A DNA stretch of 64,000 nt from an uncultured Bacilli bacterium (GTDB lineage Bacteria > Bacillota_I > Bacilli_A > RF39 > UBA660): positions 202-64,201 of the forward strand of contig CALVZC010000006.1 of assembly GCA_944372425.1 (NCBI GenBank), read 5' to 3'. The notes below the pieces were generated by a model. The model searched no databases. It was not told the DNA's origin and saw nothing but the letters and a program-made list of their open reading frames with translations. This document shows, in pieces, positions 10,368-20,929 of this stretch; the stretch's first letter is position 1, and every line of letters begins with the position of its first letter. A program made the translations under genes and the position numbers.

Positions 10368-11633
10368 ATGTTTCAAACTTTGAAACAATTATTTGCACCT
10401 ACTAACAAAGATTTAAGAACAAGAATATTATTTACATTAGGTGCGTTAGCATTGTTTATTATAGGAACATATATTCAAATACCAGGTACTCCTAATTTAG
10501 ATATGTCATCTACTGCTTTCGGTACATTAAATGCGTTTACCGGAGGTGCAATGCAAAAATTTTCAATATTTTCATTAGGTGTAATGCCATATATTACTGC
10601 TTCAATTATTATGCAGTTGTTACAAATGGACATTGTTCCATATTTTAGTGAATTAAAAGATGAAGGACCTATTGGTCGTCAAAAGATTAATAAAATAACT
10701 AGATATATGGGAATTATATTTGCATTTATTGAAGGTTTTGTTTTTGCTATAGCATTTTTAGGAGATGGTAAGAGTACTATAGATTATATGTATGTTGCTA
10801 CTGTTATAACAGCAGGTACAGCATTCTTGTTATGGTTGGGTGATCAAATAACTCAAAAAGGGTTAGGAAATGGTATGTCATTAATTATCATGGCTGGTAT
10901 TATTGCAACACTTCCAGCAATGTTTGTTACTGCATTTGAAGAACTTATATTGGCTGATACTTTTGCAAAAGGTATTGGTATTGCTATTTTTGTAGCTTTT
11001 GTAATAATATACTTCCTAGTTGTAATTGGAGTTATCTTTATGCAAGAAGCAGAAAGAAGAATTCAAATTCAATATGCAAATAAGTCTACAAGTGTATTTG
11101 GTGCTAATCAATCATATATGCCTATAAAAATTAATACAGCTGGAGTTGTACCAGTAATATTTGCATCAAGTTTACTTACAATACCAGCAGTTATTGCACA
11201 ATTTGTAAATAATAACGAATTTTCAAATTTTGTTAGTAATTATTTAACATATACAAAACCGATTGGGTTTGTAATATTTGTATTATTAATATATTTCTTT
11301 GCATATTTTTATACATTTATTCAATTAAGACCAGAAGAACTTGCAAAGAATTTAAAAAATAATGGTGGTTTTATTCCAGGAGTAAGACCTGGAAAAGACA
11401 CTGAAAATTATATTTCGAAAGTATTATCAAGATTAACTGTTTTTGGTGCATTATTCTTAGTTGTTATTTCTGCACTACCAATAATATTTTCTGCTTTGAC
11501 TGGACTTTCTTCATCTGTATCTGTTGGTGGTACTAGTTTACTTATCGTTGTTGGTGTTGCACTAGAAACATATAGACAACTAGAAGGAAGCTTACTTACA
11601 AGAAATTATAAAAAAGGATATAGTAGAAGATGA
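10368..11633 (+). CDS. secY: Preprotein translocase subunit SecY
   Basis: 421 aa, about 10 TM segments. Conserved position after rplO. Confidence 0.96.
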   Translation: MFQTLKQLFAPTNKDLRTRILFTLGALALFIIGTYIQIPGTPNLDMSSTAFGTLNAFTGGAMQKFSIFSLGVMPYITASIIMQLLQMDIVPYFSELKDEGPIGRQKINKITRYMGIIFAFIEGFVFAIAFLGDGKSTIDYMYVATVITAGTAFLLWLGDQITQKGLGNGMSLIIMAGIIATLPAMFVTAFEELILADTFAKGIGIAIFVAFVIIYFLVVIGVIFMQEAERRIQIQYANKSTSVFGANQSYMPIKINTAGVVPVIFASSLLTIPAVIAQFVNNNEFSNFVSNYLTYTKPIGFVIFVLLIYFFAYFYTFIQLRPEELAKNLKNNGGFIPGVRPGKDTENYISKVLSRLTVFGALFLVVISALPIIFSALTGLSSSVSVGGTSLLIVVGVALETYRQLEGSLLTRNYKKGYSRR

Positions 11634-12298
11634 AAAATTTAATATTATTAGCTGTACAAGGTGCAGGTAAAGGAACTTTAGCTAAAGCACTTAATGAGAA
11701 ATATGGTTATGTTCATATATCAACAGGTGATATTTTACGTGAAAGAGCTTCAATTGATGATGAGACTGGAAGAGAAATAAAAAAACTAATTGATAAAGGT
11801 TTATTTGTTTCTGATGATTTGATTTTTAAAGCAATTGAAGATAAAATTAAAAACATTGGCAATTCTAAAGCATATATTATGGATGGTTGTCCTAGAAATT
11901 TAGAACAAGCTAAAATGTATGATGCAATGGTAAAAAAATTAAATATAGATGGTGGTATTGTAATTAATATGACTATACCAGAAGAGTTATTATTAAAAAG
12001 AATTACTGGTAGAAGAATGTGTAAAAATTGCGGAACAATATACAATATATTTAATGAAAAATTAACACCAAAAGTCGATAATGTTTGTGATAAATGTGGT
12101 GGCCAATTATATCAAAGAGCAGATGATAATCCAGAAGCTCTTAAAACGAGAGTTGAAACTTATTTTAAAGTTACATCTCCAGTAATTGACTATTACAAGA
12201 ATAAAGGAATTTTGTATGAAGTAGACTCTACAAATTCTGAAGAGACGATTAAGTCTGTTGAAAATATATTAAAATCTCTAGGTGATAAAATTGATTAA
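11630..12298 (+). CDS. adk: Adenylate kinase (zinc-lid type)
   Basis: P-loop-like GAGKGT. Lid CKNCG...CDKCGG. Confidence 0.93.
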   Translation: MKNLILLAVQGAGKGTLAKALNEKYGYVHISTGDILRERASIDDETGREIKKLIDKGLFVSDDLIFKAIEDKIKNIGNSKAYIMDGCPRNLEQAKMYDAMVKKLNIDGGIVINMTIPEELLLKRITGRRMCKNCGTIYNIFNEKLTPKVDNVCDKCGGQLYQRADDNPEALKTRVETYFKVTSPVIDYYKNKGILYEVDSTNSEETIKSVENILKSLGDKID

Positions 12299-13037
12299 TA
12301 TTAAGAGCAATCGTGAAATAGAATTATTAAAGATTGCTGGTTCTATTGTTTATCAAACTCATCAATATTTGAAACCTTTTATTAAAGAGGGAATAACTAC
12401 TAAAGAACTTGATACGCTTGCTGAGAAGTTTATTAGAAGTAAAGGTGCTATTCCTTCTTGTAAAGGATACCATGGCTTTCCAGCAACTTTATGTACTAGT
12501 ATAAATCAAGAAGTAGTTCATGGTATTCCTAGTAATAGGAAACTAAAAAATGGTGATATAATATCAATTGATATTTGTGCTTGTTATAAAGGTTATCATG
12601 GCGATTCAGCTTGGACATATAAAGTAGGGAGCGTAACTGATGAAGTTGATAAGTTATTAAAGCATACTGAGGAAGCTTTATATGAAGGTTTAAAAATGGT
12701 TAAACCTGGTAATAGAATTGGTGATATTTCTAATGCAGTACAAAAAACTGCTGAAAAATATCATTTAGGAATTGTTAAGGAACTTTGTGGACATGGTGTA
12801 GGACATAATTTACATGAAGAACCTGATATTCCAAATTATGGTAAAGCACATACAGGAGCTTTAATTAAAGAAGGAATGGTATTTGCAGTTGAGCCAATGT
12901 TAAATATGGGCGATGCAGATATTTGTATATTAGATGATGGTTGGACAATAGAAAGTTATGATAATAGTCCATCTGCTCATTTTGAGCATACTGTTTTAGT
13001 TACAAAAGATGGATATCAAATTTTGACAGGAGAGTGA
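12282..13037 (+). CDS. map: Type I methionine aminopeptidase
   Basis: 251 aa. GTG start overlaps the adk end. Metal-ligand context DICA..GYHGD, GHGVG, EPM. Confidence 0.93.
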   Translation: MIKLINIKSNREIELLKIAGSIVYQTHQYLKPFIKEGITTKELDTLAEKFIRSKGAIPSCKGYHGFPATLCTSINQEVVHGIPSNRKLKNGDIISIDICACYKGYHGDSAWTYKVGSVTDEVDKLLKHTEEALYEGLKMVKPGNRIGDISNAVQKTAEKYHLGIVKELCGHGVGHNLHEEPDIPNYGKAHTGALIKEGMVFAVEPMLNMGDADICILDDGWTIESYDNSPSAHFEHTVLVTKDGYQILTGE

Positions 13038-13041
13038 AAAG

Positions 13042-13385
<344 letters not shown>

Positions 13386-13403
13386 TAGAAAGGAGTGTAA
13401 TTT

Positions 13404-13769
13404 ATGGCTCGAATTAAGGGTGTAGATATTCCTAATGATAAGCAAGTTGAAACTTCAATAACTTATATTTATGGAATAGGTAGAAATTTAGCAAAAAAAA
13501 TAGTTACTAATGCAAAAGTTGAAGGTAGCAAAAGAGTTAAAGATTTAGATAATGATGAATTAACTAGATTGCGTGATGAAATATCTAAATATGTTGTTGA
13601 GGGAGATTTAAGACGTGATGTTAATATGAACATCAAGACTAAAATGGAAATCAATTCATATCAAGGTACACGTCATAAAAAAGGTTTACCAGTAAGAGGT
13701 CAAAGTACTAGAAGTAATGCTAGAACTCGTAAAGGAAAAGGTAAAACTATTGCTAATAAAAAGAAATAA
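13404..13769 (+). CDS. rpsM: 30S ribosomal protein S13
   Basis: 121 aa. [10 protein letters not shown] start. Confidence 0.97.
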   Translation: MARIKGVDIPNDKQVETSITYIYGIGRNLAKKIVTNAKVEGSKRVKDLDNDELTRLRDEISKYVVEGDLRRDVNMNIKTKMEINSYQGTRHKKGLPVRGQSTRSNARTRKGKGKTIANKKK

Positions 13770-13801
13770 TAATTAATATATGTTAAAAGGAGGAAAAAAA
13801 C

Positions 13802-14185
13802 ATGGCTTATAAGACAAGAAAGAAAAAAGTCAAGAAAAATGTTCCTGAAGGTGTAGCTCATATTCATTCAACATTTAATAATACAATTACTACAATAACA
13901 GATAAAGAAGGTCGTGCTGTTTCTTGGGCTAGTAGTGGTGCTTTAGGTTTTAAGGGAAGTAAAAAATCAACACCATTTGCTGCTGGTATGGCTGCAGAAG
14001 CTGCTGGAAAAGCTGCTTATGAACTTGGTATGAGAAAAATTGAAGTAAATGTTAAAGGGTTAGGACCAGGAAGAGAGACTGCTATTAGATCACTTCAAAC
14101 AGCAGGTTTGGAAATAACTTCAATTACTGATGTAACACCAATTCCACATAATGGATGTCGTCCACCAAAACGTCCACGTGGATAA
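13802..14185 (+). CDS. rpsK: 30S ribosomal protein S11
   Basis: 127 aa. [10 protein letters not shown]...[12 protein letters not shown] motif. Confidence 0.97.
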   Translation: MAYKTRKKKVKKNVPEGVAHIHSTFNNTITTITDKEGRAVSWASSGALGFKGSKKSTPFAAGMAAEAAGKAAYELGMRKIEVNVKGLGPGRETAIRSLQTAGLEITSITDVTPIPHNGCRPPKRPRG

Positions 14186-14216
14186 TTTGTTGTTAATAAA
14201 AAAAGGAGGTAGTTTC

Positions 14217-15167
14217 ATGTTAGAATTTGAAAAACCAAATTATAAAATAACTGATTATGTAGAAAGTAATTTTTATGGTAAATTTGAAATCGAACCACTT
14301 GAAAGAGGTTTCGGTACAACTTTAGGTAATGCGTTAAGACGTGTTATGTTGTCAAGTCTTCCAGGAAGTGCAATTAGTAGTGTTAAAATTGATGGTGTTT
14401 TGCATGAATTTCAAACTATTGAAGGTGTAGTTGAAGATGTTACAACAATTATTTTAAATTTAAAACAAGTAGTTATTAAAAATCATGCGAAAGAAATGAA
14501 AACAATTAGAATTAATGCTACTGAAGAAGGCCCTGTTACAGCAGGTGATATTGAGCACGATGCTGATATTGAAATAATTAATCCTAGCTTAGTAATAGCA
14601 AATGTTGCTAAAGGTGGAAAGTTAGTTATGGAAATGACAGTATCTAATGGTAGAGGTTATGTAAGAAGTGAAGAAAATAAAAGACTTTTAGATATTAAAA
14701 AAGTAGGAGTTATTGCAATTGATTCAATTTTTTCTCCAGTAGAAAGAATTTCTTATGATGTTGAAAGTGCTCGTGTTGGACAAGATGAAAGTTATGATAA
14801 ATTAATTCTAAATGTTTGGACAAAAGGGTCAATAAAGCCTGAAGAAGCAATAGCTTTAGCTTCAAGAATTTTGATTGAGCATTTCAGTATTCTTACTAAT
14901 TTAAGTAATATTGCTGATATGACTGGAATGATGATAGAAAAAACTGAAGATCCAAAAGTAAAAGCATTAGAAACTACAATTGAAGATTTAGATTTTTCTG
15001 TTAGAGCATATAATTGTTTGAAAAGAGCAAATATTCATACATTACAAGACTTAGTAAATAAGAGTGAGAATGATATGATGAAAATACGTAATTTGGGAAA
15101 GAAATCTTTAAAAGAAGTATTAGATAAAGTAAGGGATTTAGGTTTAATTTTACGTAGTGATGATTAG
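14217..15167 (+). CDS. rpoA: DNA-directed RNA polymerase alpha subunit
   Basis: MLEFEKPN start, 7 nt after AGGAGG. The track ORF's 14151 start lies inside rpsK. Confidence 0.96.
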   Translation: MLEFEKPNYKITDYVESNFYGKFEIEPLERGFGTTLGNALRRVMLSSLPGSAISSVKIDGVLHEFQTIEGVVEDVTTIILNLKQVVIKNHAKEMKTIRINATEEGPVTAGDIEHDADIEIINPSLVIANVAKGGKLVMEMTVSNGRGYVRSEENKRLLDIKKVGVIAIDSIFSPVERISYDVESARVGQDESYDKLILNVWTKGSIKPEEAIALASRILIEHFSILTNLSNIADMTGMMIEKTEDPKVKALETTIEDLDFSVRAYNCLKRANIHTLQDLVNKSENDMMKIRNLGKKSLKEVLDKVRDLGLILRSDD

Positions 15168-15181
15168 TAAGGAGGGAAATT

Positions 15182-15523
15182 ATGTCATATAGAAAATTAG
15201 GTGTTGATAATAAACATAGAAGAAGTATGCTTGCTAATTTAGTTAAAGATGTTATTATGAATGGTAAAGTTATTACAACAGAAACAAGAGCTAAAGAAGT
15301 TCGCAAATTTGTTGATAAAATGATTACTTATGGAAAAGATGGTAGTTTAGTATCTAGACGTAGTGCTTTAGCATTTCTTCATAATGATAATGAAGTAGTT
15401 AAAAAAATATTTGATGAGTTAGCCGTAAAATATGCTACTAGAAATGGTGGTTATACTAGAATATTAAAATTAGATGAAAGACGTGGAGATAACGCTTTAC
15501 TAGCTATTATTGAATTAGTATAA
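15182..15523 (+). CDS. rplQ: 50S ribosomal protein L17
   Basis: 113 aa. YRKLG...HRRSMLANL motif. Confidence 0.97.
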   Translation: MSYRKLGVDNKHRRSMLANLVKDVIMNGKVITTETRAKEVRKFVDKMITYGKDGSLVSRRSALAFLHNDNEVVKKIFDELAVKYATRNGGYTRILKLDERRGDNALLAIIELV

Positions 15524-15530
15524 TTTAAAT

Positions 15531-15560
15531 AATATTTACTGTAATAGGTAAATATTTTTT
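15531..15560 (+). terminator. Intrinsic terminator after rplQ
   Basis: aatatttac/gtaaatatt 9-bp stem, 8-nt loop, T-run. Confidence 0.6.
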
Positions 15561-15622
15561 AATTTTTATGGACTATTTTAAATAATTGTAATATACTATT
15601 TTATATAGTAGAGGAGATTGTT

Positions 15623-17038
15623 ATGGGTAGGAAAGTAAAAAAAATTTTGATTGGTTTATTTGTTATTATTGGTGTTATAGCAATATCAGTTGGTGTTGTT
15701 TTAATGTTACAACCAAGTGATAGAGAGATTTTTACTGAATCATTTAAGAAAAATTTTAATAGTATAAAAAATATTCAAAAAGATAACGATTTTGTTTTGG
15801 GTAGTATATCAGATTTAAAAGAAGATTTAAAAGTTAAGTTAAGTACTGATACTTCTATTGAATCATTATTAGATACAGCAAGTATTAAGGGAGATTTTTA
15901 TTTAGATAGTTCTGCTCAAAAATTATATACAACTTTCGATGTAGAATCAAATCTTGAAAAATATTCAATTGAAGCAGTTTTAAAAGATTCTAAACTTTAT
16001 CATATGATTAAAGATGTTTATTCAAAATATTATTATATAGAAGTTGATTTATTTAGTGATGATGATACTAATGATGAAGTAAATATTGACTTTACAGTTA
16101 TTCTTGATTATCTTGAAGAAGCAGTTATTGAACATGTTAATGATGATAATTTAACTATAGAAGATAAAAAGATTACTTTAGGTGATGAGAATTTTAATGC
16201 AAAGAAATATACGGTTAACTTTACACAAAAAGATGTAATTAGTATTTTAAAATCAATTGTTGATAAAGTAAAAGATAATAAAGAATTATATAATTATTTA
16301 TCTGAGTTATTTACTACAGCAACTAGTGGAGATAATTTAGATAGTTATATTTCAATGTTAGATGAAATGTTAGAAAATTCTGATGATACTGATACTTTTA
16401 TATCATATATTATGTATTCAGATGGCGATGATGTAATATCAAATGAAGTAGCTATTAGTATTGAATCAGAAGAAAGTACAGTTACTTTACGACTTACTAT
16501 TAATTCTTATGAAAATAAATCAGGTTATAATAATTTTGAGATATATTTATCTGCAATGGGTATTAAAGTATTTAGCTTTGAAATATTAGGAACTAGTGAT
16601 ACGAAATCTAATATTTCAATGAATATATTAAATTCACTTAATGTTGAAGGTACTCTTGAATCTTCTGATTCTAAGTTTAATCTTGTACTTAATGGAAGTA
16701 TTCCTGAAACTACAACAGATGATTTTTCGGCTTCAACGGAATTAAAAGAATTTTTAAGTTTGGATTTGTTAGTGGAAGAAGCTGTTGAAAATAAAGAATA
16801 TAATATAAATTTGATACTTGACTTATCAACTGATGAAAAAGTTAATATTAATTCAGTTAATAAACTTCTAATTGGTGAAGAAGTTCCAGATATTGATGTT
16901 TCTAATAGTGCCGATATGACAGAAATGACTGATGCAGAAATGGAAGTATTTAATAAATTATTTGGAAACTTTATAGATAATGGGTTAACAGATTTGGAAG
17001 GAAGTATAAACGATATAGGAAAAGACTTATTATTTTAA
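15623..17038 (+). CDS. Hypothetical N-terminally membrane-anchored acidic protein
   Basis: 471 aa. One N-terminal TM segment, then a D/E/S-rich region. I recognise no family motif. Confidence 0.6.
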   Translation: MGRKVKKILIGLFVIIGVIAISVGVVLMLQPSDREIFTESFKKNFNSIKNIQKDNDFVLGSISDLKEDLKVKLSTDTSIESLLDTASIKGDFYLDSSAQKLYTTFDVESNLEKYSIEAVLKDSKLYHMIKDVYSKYYYIEVDLFSDDDTNDEVNIDFTVILDYLEEAVIEHVNDDNLTIEDKKITLGDENFNAKKYTVNFTQKDVISILKSIVDKVKDNKELYNYLSELFTTATSGDNLDSYISMLDEMLENSDDTDTFISYIMYSDGDDVISNEVAISIESEESTVTLRLTINSYENKSGYNNFEIYLSAMGIKVFSFEILGTSDTKSNISMNILNSLNVEGTLESSDSKFNLVLNGSIPETTTDDFSASTELKEFLSLDLLVEEAVENKEYNINLILDLSTDEKVNINSVNKLLIGEEVPDIDVSNSADMTEMTDAEMEVFNKLFGNFIDNGLTDLEGSINDIGKDLLF

Positions 17039-17049
17039 GTCTTTTTTTT
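17021..17049 (+). terminator. Intrinsic terminator
   Basis: aaagactta/taagtcttt stem overlapping the stop codon, then a T-run. Confidence 0.6.
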
Positions 17050-17082
17050 GTTTTATGATATAATAAATTTGGAGTTGATATT

Positions 17083-17838
17083 ATGAAAGCATTAATAACT
17101 GGTGGCTCTTCTGGAATTGGTTATAGTATGGCTAAATATTTGAGTAGTCTTGGCTATGATTTAATTTTAGTCTCTCGCGACAAAGAAAAGTTGCAAAAAA
17201 TTCAAAAAGAATTACCAACTGAAGTAAAAATAGTAGTTGCAGATTTGACAAATGAAGCTAAATTGAAAGAGATTTATGTTTTATGTAAAAATGATAATAT
17301 TGATATACTTATAAATAATGCAGGTTTTGGTTTATTTGGTGATTTTTCTGATACTGATTTAAATAAGGAATTAGAAATGATTGACGTAAATATAAAAGCT
17401 GTTCATGTATTGACTAAATTATTTTTAAAAGATATGAGAAAAAGAAATAGTGGTTATATTCTTAATGTATCAAGTGCAGCTAGTTTTCAAGCAGGACCTT
17501 TGATGGCTACTTATTATGCAACCAAATCATATGTAACTAAATTAAGTCTTGCTATTTATGAAGAATTGAGAAAAGAAAAATCTAATGTTCATATTTCCTG
17601 TTTATGCCCTGGACCAGTTAATACTAATTTTAATAACGTTGCTAATGTTCAATTTGCTATGAAGTCACTTAATAGTGATGATGTTGCAAAATATGCAATA
17701 GATAAAATGTTTAAAAATAAATTAATTATTATTCCTGGATTAAAAATGAAAATGGCAATATTTTTTAACAGGTTTATTTCGTTAAAGTTTGCCTTGAAAA
17801 TAGTTTATAAATTTCAAAAAAAGAAAGAAAAAAAATAA
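17083..17838 (+). CDS. Short-chain dehydrogenase/reductase (SDR) family oxidoreductase
   Basis: TGGSSGIG cofactor motif, NNAG, YxxxK (YYATK). Confidence 0.85.
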   Translation: MKALITGGSSGIGYSMAKYLSSLGYDLILVSRDKEKLQKIQKELPTEVKIVVADLTNEAKLKEIYVLCKNDNIDILINNAGFGLFGDFSDTDLNKELEMIDVNIKAVHVLTKLFLKDMRKRNSGYILNVSSAASFQAGPLMATYYATKSYVTKLSLAIYEELRKEKSNVHISCLCPGPVNTNFNNVANVQFAMKSLNSDDVAKYAIDKMFKNKLIIIPGLKMKMAIFFNRFISLKFALKIVYKFQKKKEKK

Positions 17839-17893
17839 TTCTTTCTTTTTTTTAAAAATAAGATATAATAAACATTAATGAAAGAGTGATTGT

Positions 17894-18706
17894 ATGAATA
17901 ATTTATTAATTTTAAATAATTTATCAATTGGTTATAAAGATTTAATTATTTATAAAGATTTGTCTTTTAATATTACTGAAAATACAATTACTGCAATATT
18001 ATGTCCAAATAATGGTGGTAAAAGTACATTAATTAGAACATTAAGCGGTATTATTTATGGATTAGATGGAAATATAGTGCTAAATAACGTAAAATTAACT
18101 AGAAGAAATTTTAAAAAGTATATTCGTAATATAGGTGTTGTTTTAGAGGATTTAGATTATCAGTTTATTACAGATAATGTTAAAGAAGAAATAACATTTC
18201 CACTTGTTAATTTAGGATATAAAAAAAATATTATTAATAAGCATATTAAAGATGTTTCTAATATCTGTGAGATTGATAACATATTAAATAAAAAAATAAA
18301 AGTTCTTTCTAATTATGAAAAAATAAAGGTTTTAATTGCTACTAGTATTATTCATTTCCCTAAAATATTACTTTTAGATGATCCTTTTAGATTTATAAAT
18401 ATTAAAGAACAAAAAAAAATCTTGAATATTTTAAATAATATAAAAAATAATTATAATATTTCTATAGTTTTTACTACATCGCAAATTTCTTCAATAATCG
18501 ATTTGGAAAACATTATTGTTTTAGGAAATGGAAAAATTGTTATGCAAGGAAATTATAATGATATTATAAAAAGAGATAATGAGTTAAGTAAATTAGGAAT
18601 TGAAATACCTATTATGATAGATTTATCTTTAAAACTACAATTTTATAATTTATTAGACGATATATATTATAATGTTGAGGGGATGGTTGATAAATTATGG
18701 AAATAA
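17894..18706 (+). CDS. EcfA1-like ABC ATPase-fold protein with degenerate catalytic motifs
   Basis: Conserved locus position and an EcfA-type C-terminus (LSKLGIEIP...MVDKLW). Walker A is CPNNGGKST, signature LSNYE, Walker B LLLDD, and the H-loop is lost. Confidence 0.7.
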   Translation: MNNLLILNNLSIGYKDLIIYKDLSFNITENTITAILCPNNGGKSTLIRTLSGIIYGLDGNIVLNNVKLTRRNFKKYIRNIGVVLEDLDYQFITDNVKEEITFPLVNLGYKKNIINKHIKDVSNICEIDNILNKKIKVLSNYEKIKVLIATSIIHFPKILLLDDPFRFINIKEQKKILNILNNIKNNYNISIVFTTSQISSIIDLENIIVLGNGKIVMQGNYNDIIKRDNELSKLGIEIPIMIDLSLKLQFYNLLDDIYYNVEGMVDKLWK

Positions 18707-19386
18707 TTTTGCGAAATAATTATAATTGTAAAAAGAAAATTAATGTTGAAGAAGGCATTATTATATCTTTACAAGCAAGTAACCTTAATGCTATTGTTAA
18801 TAACTTATTAAATGATTATAAATTTATTAATATTAATAATAATCAAATGTATTTTGTAGGTGAAAATGTATATGAGGAGATAAATTTATATAATAAAATT
18901 TATAATTTAAGTTTAATTAATGATGTTCTTAATATTTTAGGATTAGATGATAGTTTTTTTAATAAAAAAATTGAAAATTTATCTTACACTGAAAAAATAT
19001 ATTTAAATATAATTAGAAATTTATCTTTGGATAATAAAAAAGTTTTATTTTATGATGTTTACAATTATTTGGATTATGCTAATCAGAAAAAAATTAAAAA
19101 TTTACTTTTATATTTAAAAGATAAAAAATATATTATTCTTATAACTAGCAATGATGTAAATGTTTTGTATAAACTTGCGGATTATTCAGTATTATGGAAT
19201 AAAAATAATTTTGAATATTCTAAAACAGATGATTTATATTCTGATGTTGAAAAACTATTAAAGTTTAAGTTAGAAGTACCAATTTTATCTAAAATTACAT
19301 ATAAAGCTCTAAAAGATAAAAATATTAAATTATTTTATAGTAAAGATGTAAGAGATATAATAAAGGATATTTATAAACATGTATAG
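18697..19386 (+). CDS. EcfA2-like protein lacking Walker A, all ATPase motifs degenerate
   Basis: 229 aa. The C-terminal KFKLEVPILSKI segment resembles the EcfA2 tail. Signature-like LSYTEK and Walker-B-like VLFYDV, with no P-loop. Confidence 0.55.
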   Translation: MEIILRNNYNCKKKINVEEGIIISLQASNLNAIVNNLLNDYKFININNNQMYFVGENVYEEINLYNKIYNLSLINDVLNILGLDDSFFNKKIENLSYTEKIYLNIIRNLSLDNKKVLFYDVYNYLDYANQKKIKNLLLYLKDKKYIILITSNDVNVLYKLADYSVLWNKNNFEYSKTDDLYSDVEKLLKFKLEVPILSKITYKALKDKNIKLFYSKDVRDIIKDIYKHV

Positions 19387-19966
19387 TGTGAATTGGAAGA
19401 TTAGAGCTTTAATAACAACTATTCTTATTATAATAACTTCTTTAATAAATAATTATTATTTGTTCTGGTTATTATTATTTTATTTATTATTAATTTCAAT
19501 TGTCGATAGAAATATTAAGTCTTTACTTTTAAATTTTTTAATAGTTTTAATTCTTTTGTTTTGTTTTTATACTTCTAAAATAAGATTGCTACTTAAAATA
19601 ATTTGTATTATAAATATTTTAGTTTTATTTTTCTATTCTTTTACTAAAAAAGAAAGAAAATTCTTAAAATTTAAAATATTATATAAATATAGAAAAAGTT
19701 CTCAAAAAAAATTATTTTATAAATATAACATCGATAAAATAAAAGTTTTCAATAAAGAAAAAGCATTAAAAACATATGATGAAAATGTTAATATAGATAA
19801 TAAAGTAAAAAAAGATATGGATTATTTATATCTTTGCAGTAGAATTAGATTTTATGGTTATAGTAATAGACTAGGTAATTATATGGAAAGAAAAATAGGA
19901 ATATATGATTTTGTTTTTTTAGTAGTGTTTATATTTTTTGTTATTCTTTGTGTTTGTTTATGGTAG
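19379..19966 (+). CDS. Short membrane protein in the EcfT position (possible EcfT relic)
   Basis: 195 aa, hydrophobic N-half and C-end, in the ecfT locus position. SRIRFYGY weakly resembles the EcfT coupling-helix xRG motif. Confidence 0.4.
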   Translation: MYSVNWKIRALITTILIIITSLINNYYLFWLLLFYLLLISIVDRNIKSLLLNFLIVLILLFCFYTSKIRLLLKIICIINILVLFFYSFTKKERKFLKFKILYKYRKSSQKKLFYKYNIDKIKVFNKEKALKTYDENVNIDNKVKKDMDYLYLCSRIRFYGYSNRLGNYMERKIGIYDFVFLVVFIFFVILCVCLW

Positions 19967-20713
19967 GTGATGTTTTTGCGTTATTTAATTTATTTTTCTT
20001 ATGATGGTAGTAATTTTAATGGCTTTCAAAAACAACCAAATAAAAGATGTGTTGAAAATATGCTTGAAGATGCTTTATATAGTATTAATAATTATACAAA
20101 AACAAAAGTTACTGGTGCTGGAAGAACTGATCATGGTGTTCATGCTTTTTGTCAATGTGCACATTTTGATTTAAATATCAATATTACTTTATATAAATTG
20201 AAATGTGCCTTAAATAGTTTATTACCTCCTGATATTCATATTTTTAAAGTTATTCAAGTAGATAGTAATTTTCATGCACGTTATATGGTTAAATATAAAA
20301 CTTATAAATATGTTTTAAATTGTGGCGAGTATAATCCAATAGAAAGAAACTATGTATATCAATATTGTAAAAAATTAGATGTTGATAAAATGAAATTAGC
20401 TATTAAAGATTTTATAGGTGCACATGATTTTAAATGCTTTGTTTCCGATTCTGTTGTGAAAGAAAACTATGTTAGAGAAATCTATGATGCATCTATAGAT
20501 GTTGATAATAATAAAATAGTTTTTAGTTTTACTGCAACTGGTTTTATGAAATATCAAGTTAGAAATATGGTTGGTACACTTGTAAAAATAGGTAATGGGA
20601 AACTTAATGTAGATTTTATTAAAAATGTTTTTTTAGATAATACATTAAAGAAATATATTACTACTATAAAACCAGAGGGACTATATTTAGTAGATATTGA
20701 ATATTTTAATTAA
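19967..20713 (+). CDS. truA: tRNA pseudouridine(38-40) synthase
   Basis: YDGSNFNGFQ and GAGRTDHGVHA motifs. The start may be the ATG at 19970. Confidence 0.93.
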   Translation: MMFLRYLIYFSYDGSNFNGFQKQPNKRCVENMLEDALYSINNYTKTKVTGAGRTDHGVHAFCQCAHFDLNINITLYKLKCALNSLLPPDIHIFKVIQVDSNFHARYMVKYKTYKYVLNCGEYNPIERNYVYQYCKKLDVDKMKLAIKDFIGAHDFKCFVSDSVVKENYVREIYDASIDVDNNKIVFSFTATGFMKYQVRNMVGTLVKIGNGKLNVDFIKNVFLDNTLKKYITTIKPEGLYLVDIEYFN

Positions 20714-20824
20714 TTTTTTGTATAGGAATTAAACTATTTTGATTATAATAAAATAATGTCAAAAATTGTTGAATTTTTTGTTTTTTATGTATAATAGAAA
20801 GCTAATGAGAAAGAGGGAGCAAAA

Positions 20825-20929
20825 ATGGAAAGATTTAATTTATTAAAATTATTAAAAAAATTACGAGAAGTTAATGTACCAAATGAAAAAATTGCAAATA
20901 TTATTTTGAATCAAGAAGAAAACTATTGA
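20825..20929 (+). CDS. 34-codon ORF with a good RBS, possibly the frameshifted 5' end of the downstream repeat-protein gene
   Basis: AGAGGGAG RBS plus ATG. The stop TGA overlaps the TTG start of the next ORF, and the downstream frame is open back to 20887. Confidence 0.35.
   Translation: MERFNLLKLLKKLREVNVPNEKIANIILNQEENY

Noticed and set aside
15623-17838. The two genes inserted between rplQ and the ECF-like genes (acidic membrane-anchored protein plus SDR) as a possible accessory island
   Set aside because: No flanking repeats, mobility genes or compositional break. The SDR is ordinary and the other protein has no informative motif, so there is nothing to support more than a lineage-specific insertion.
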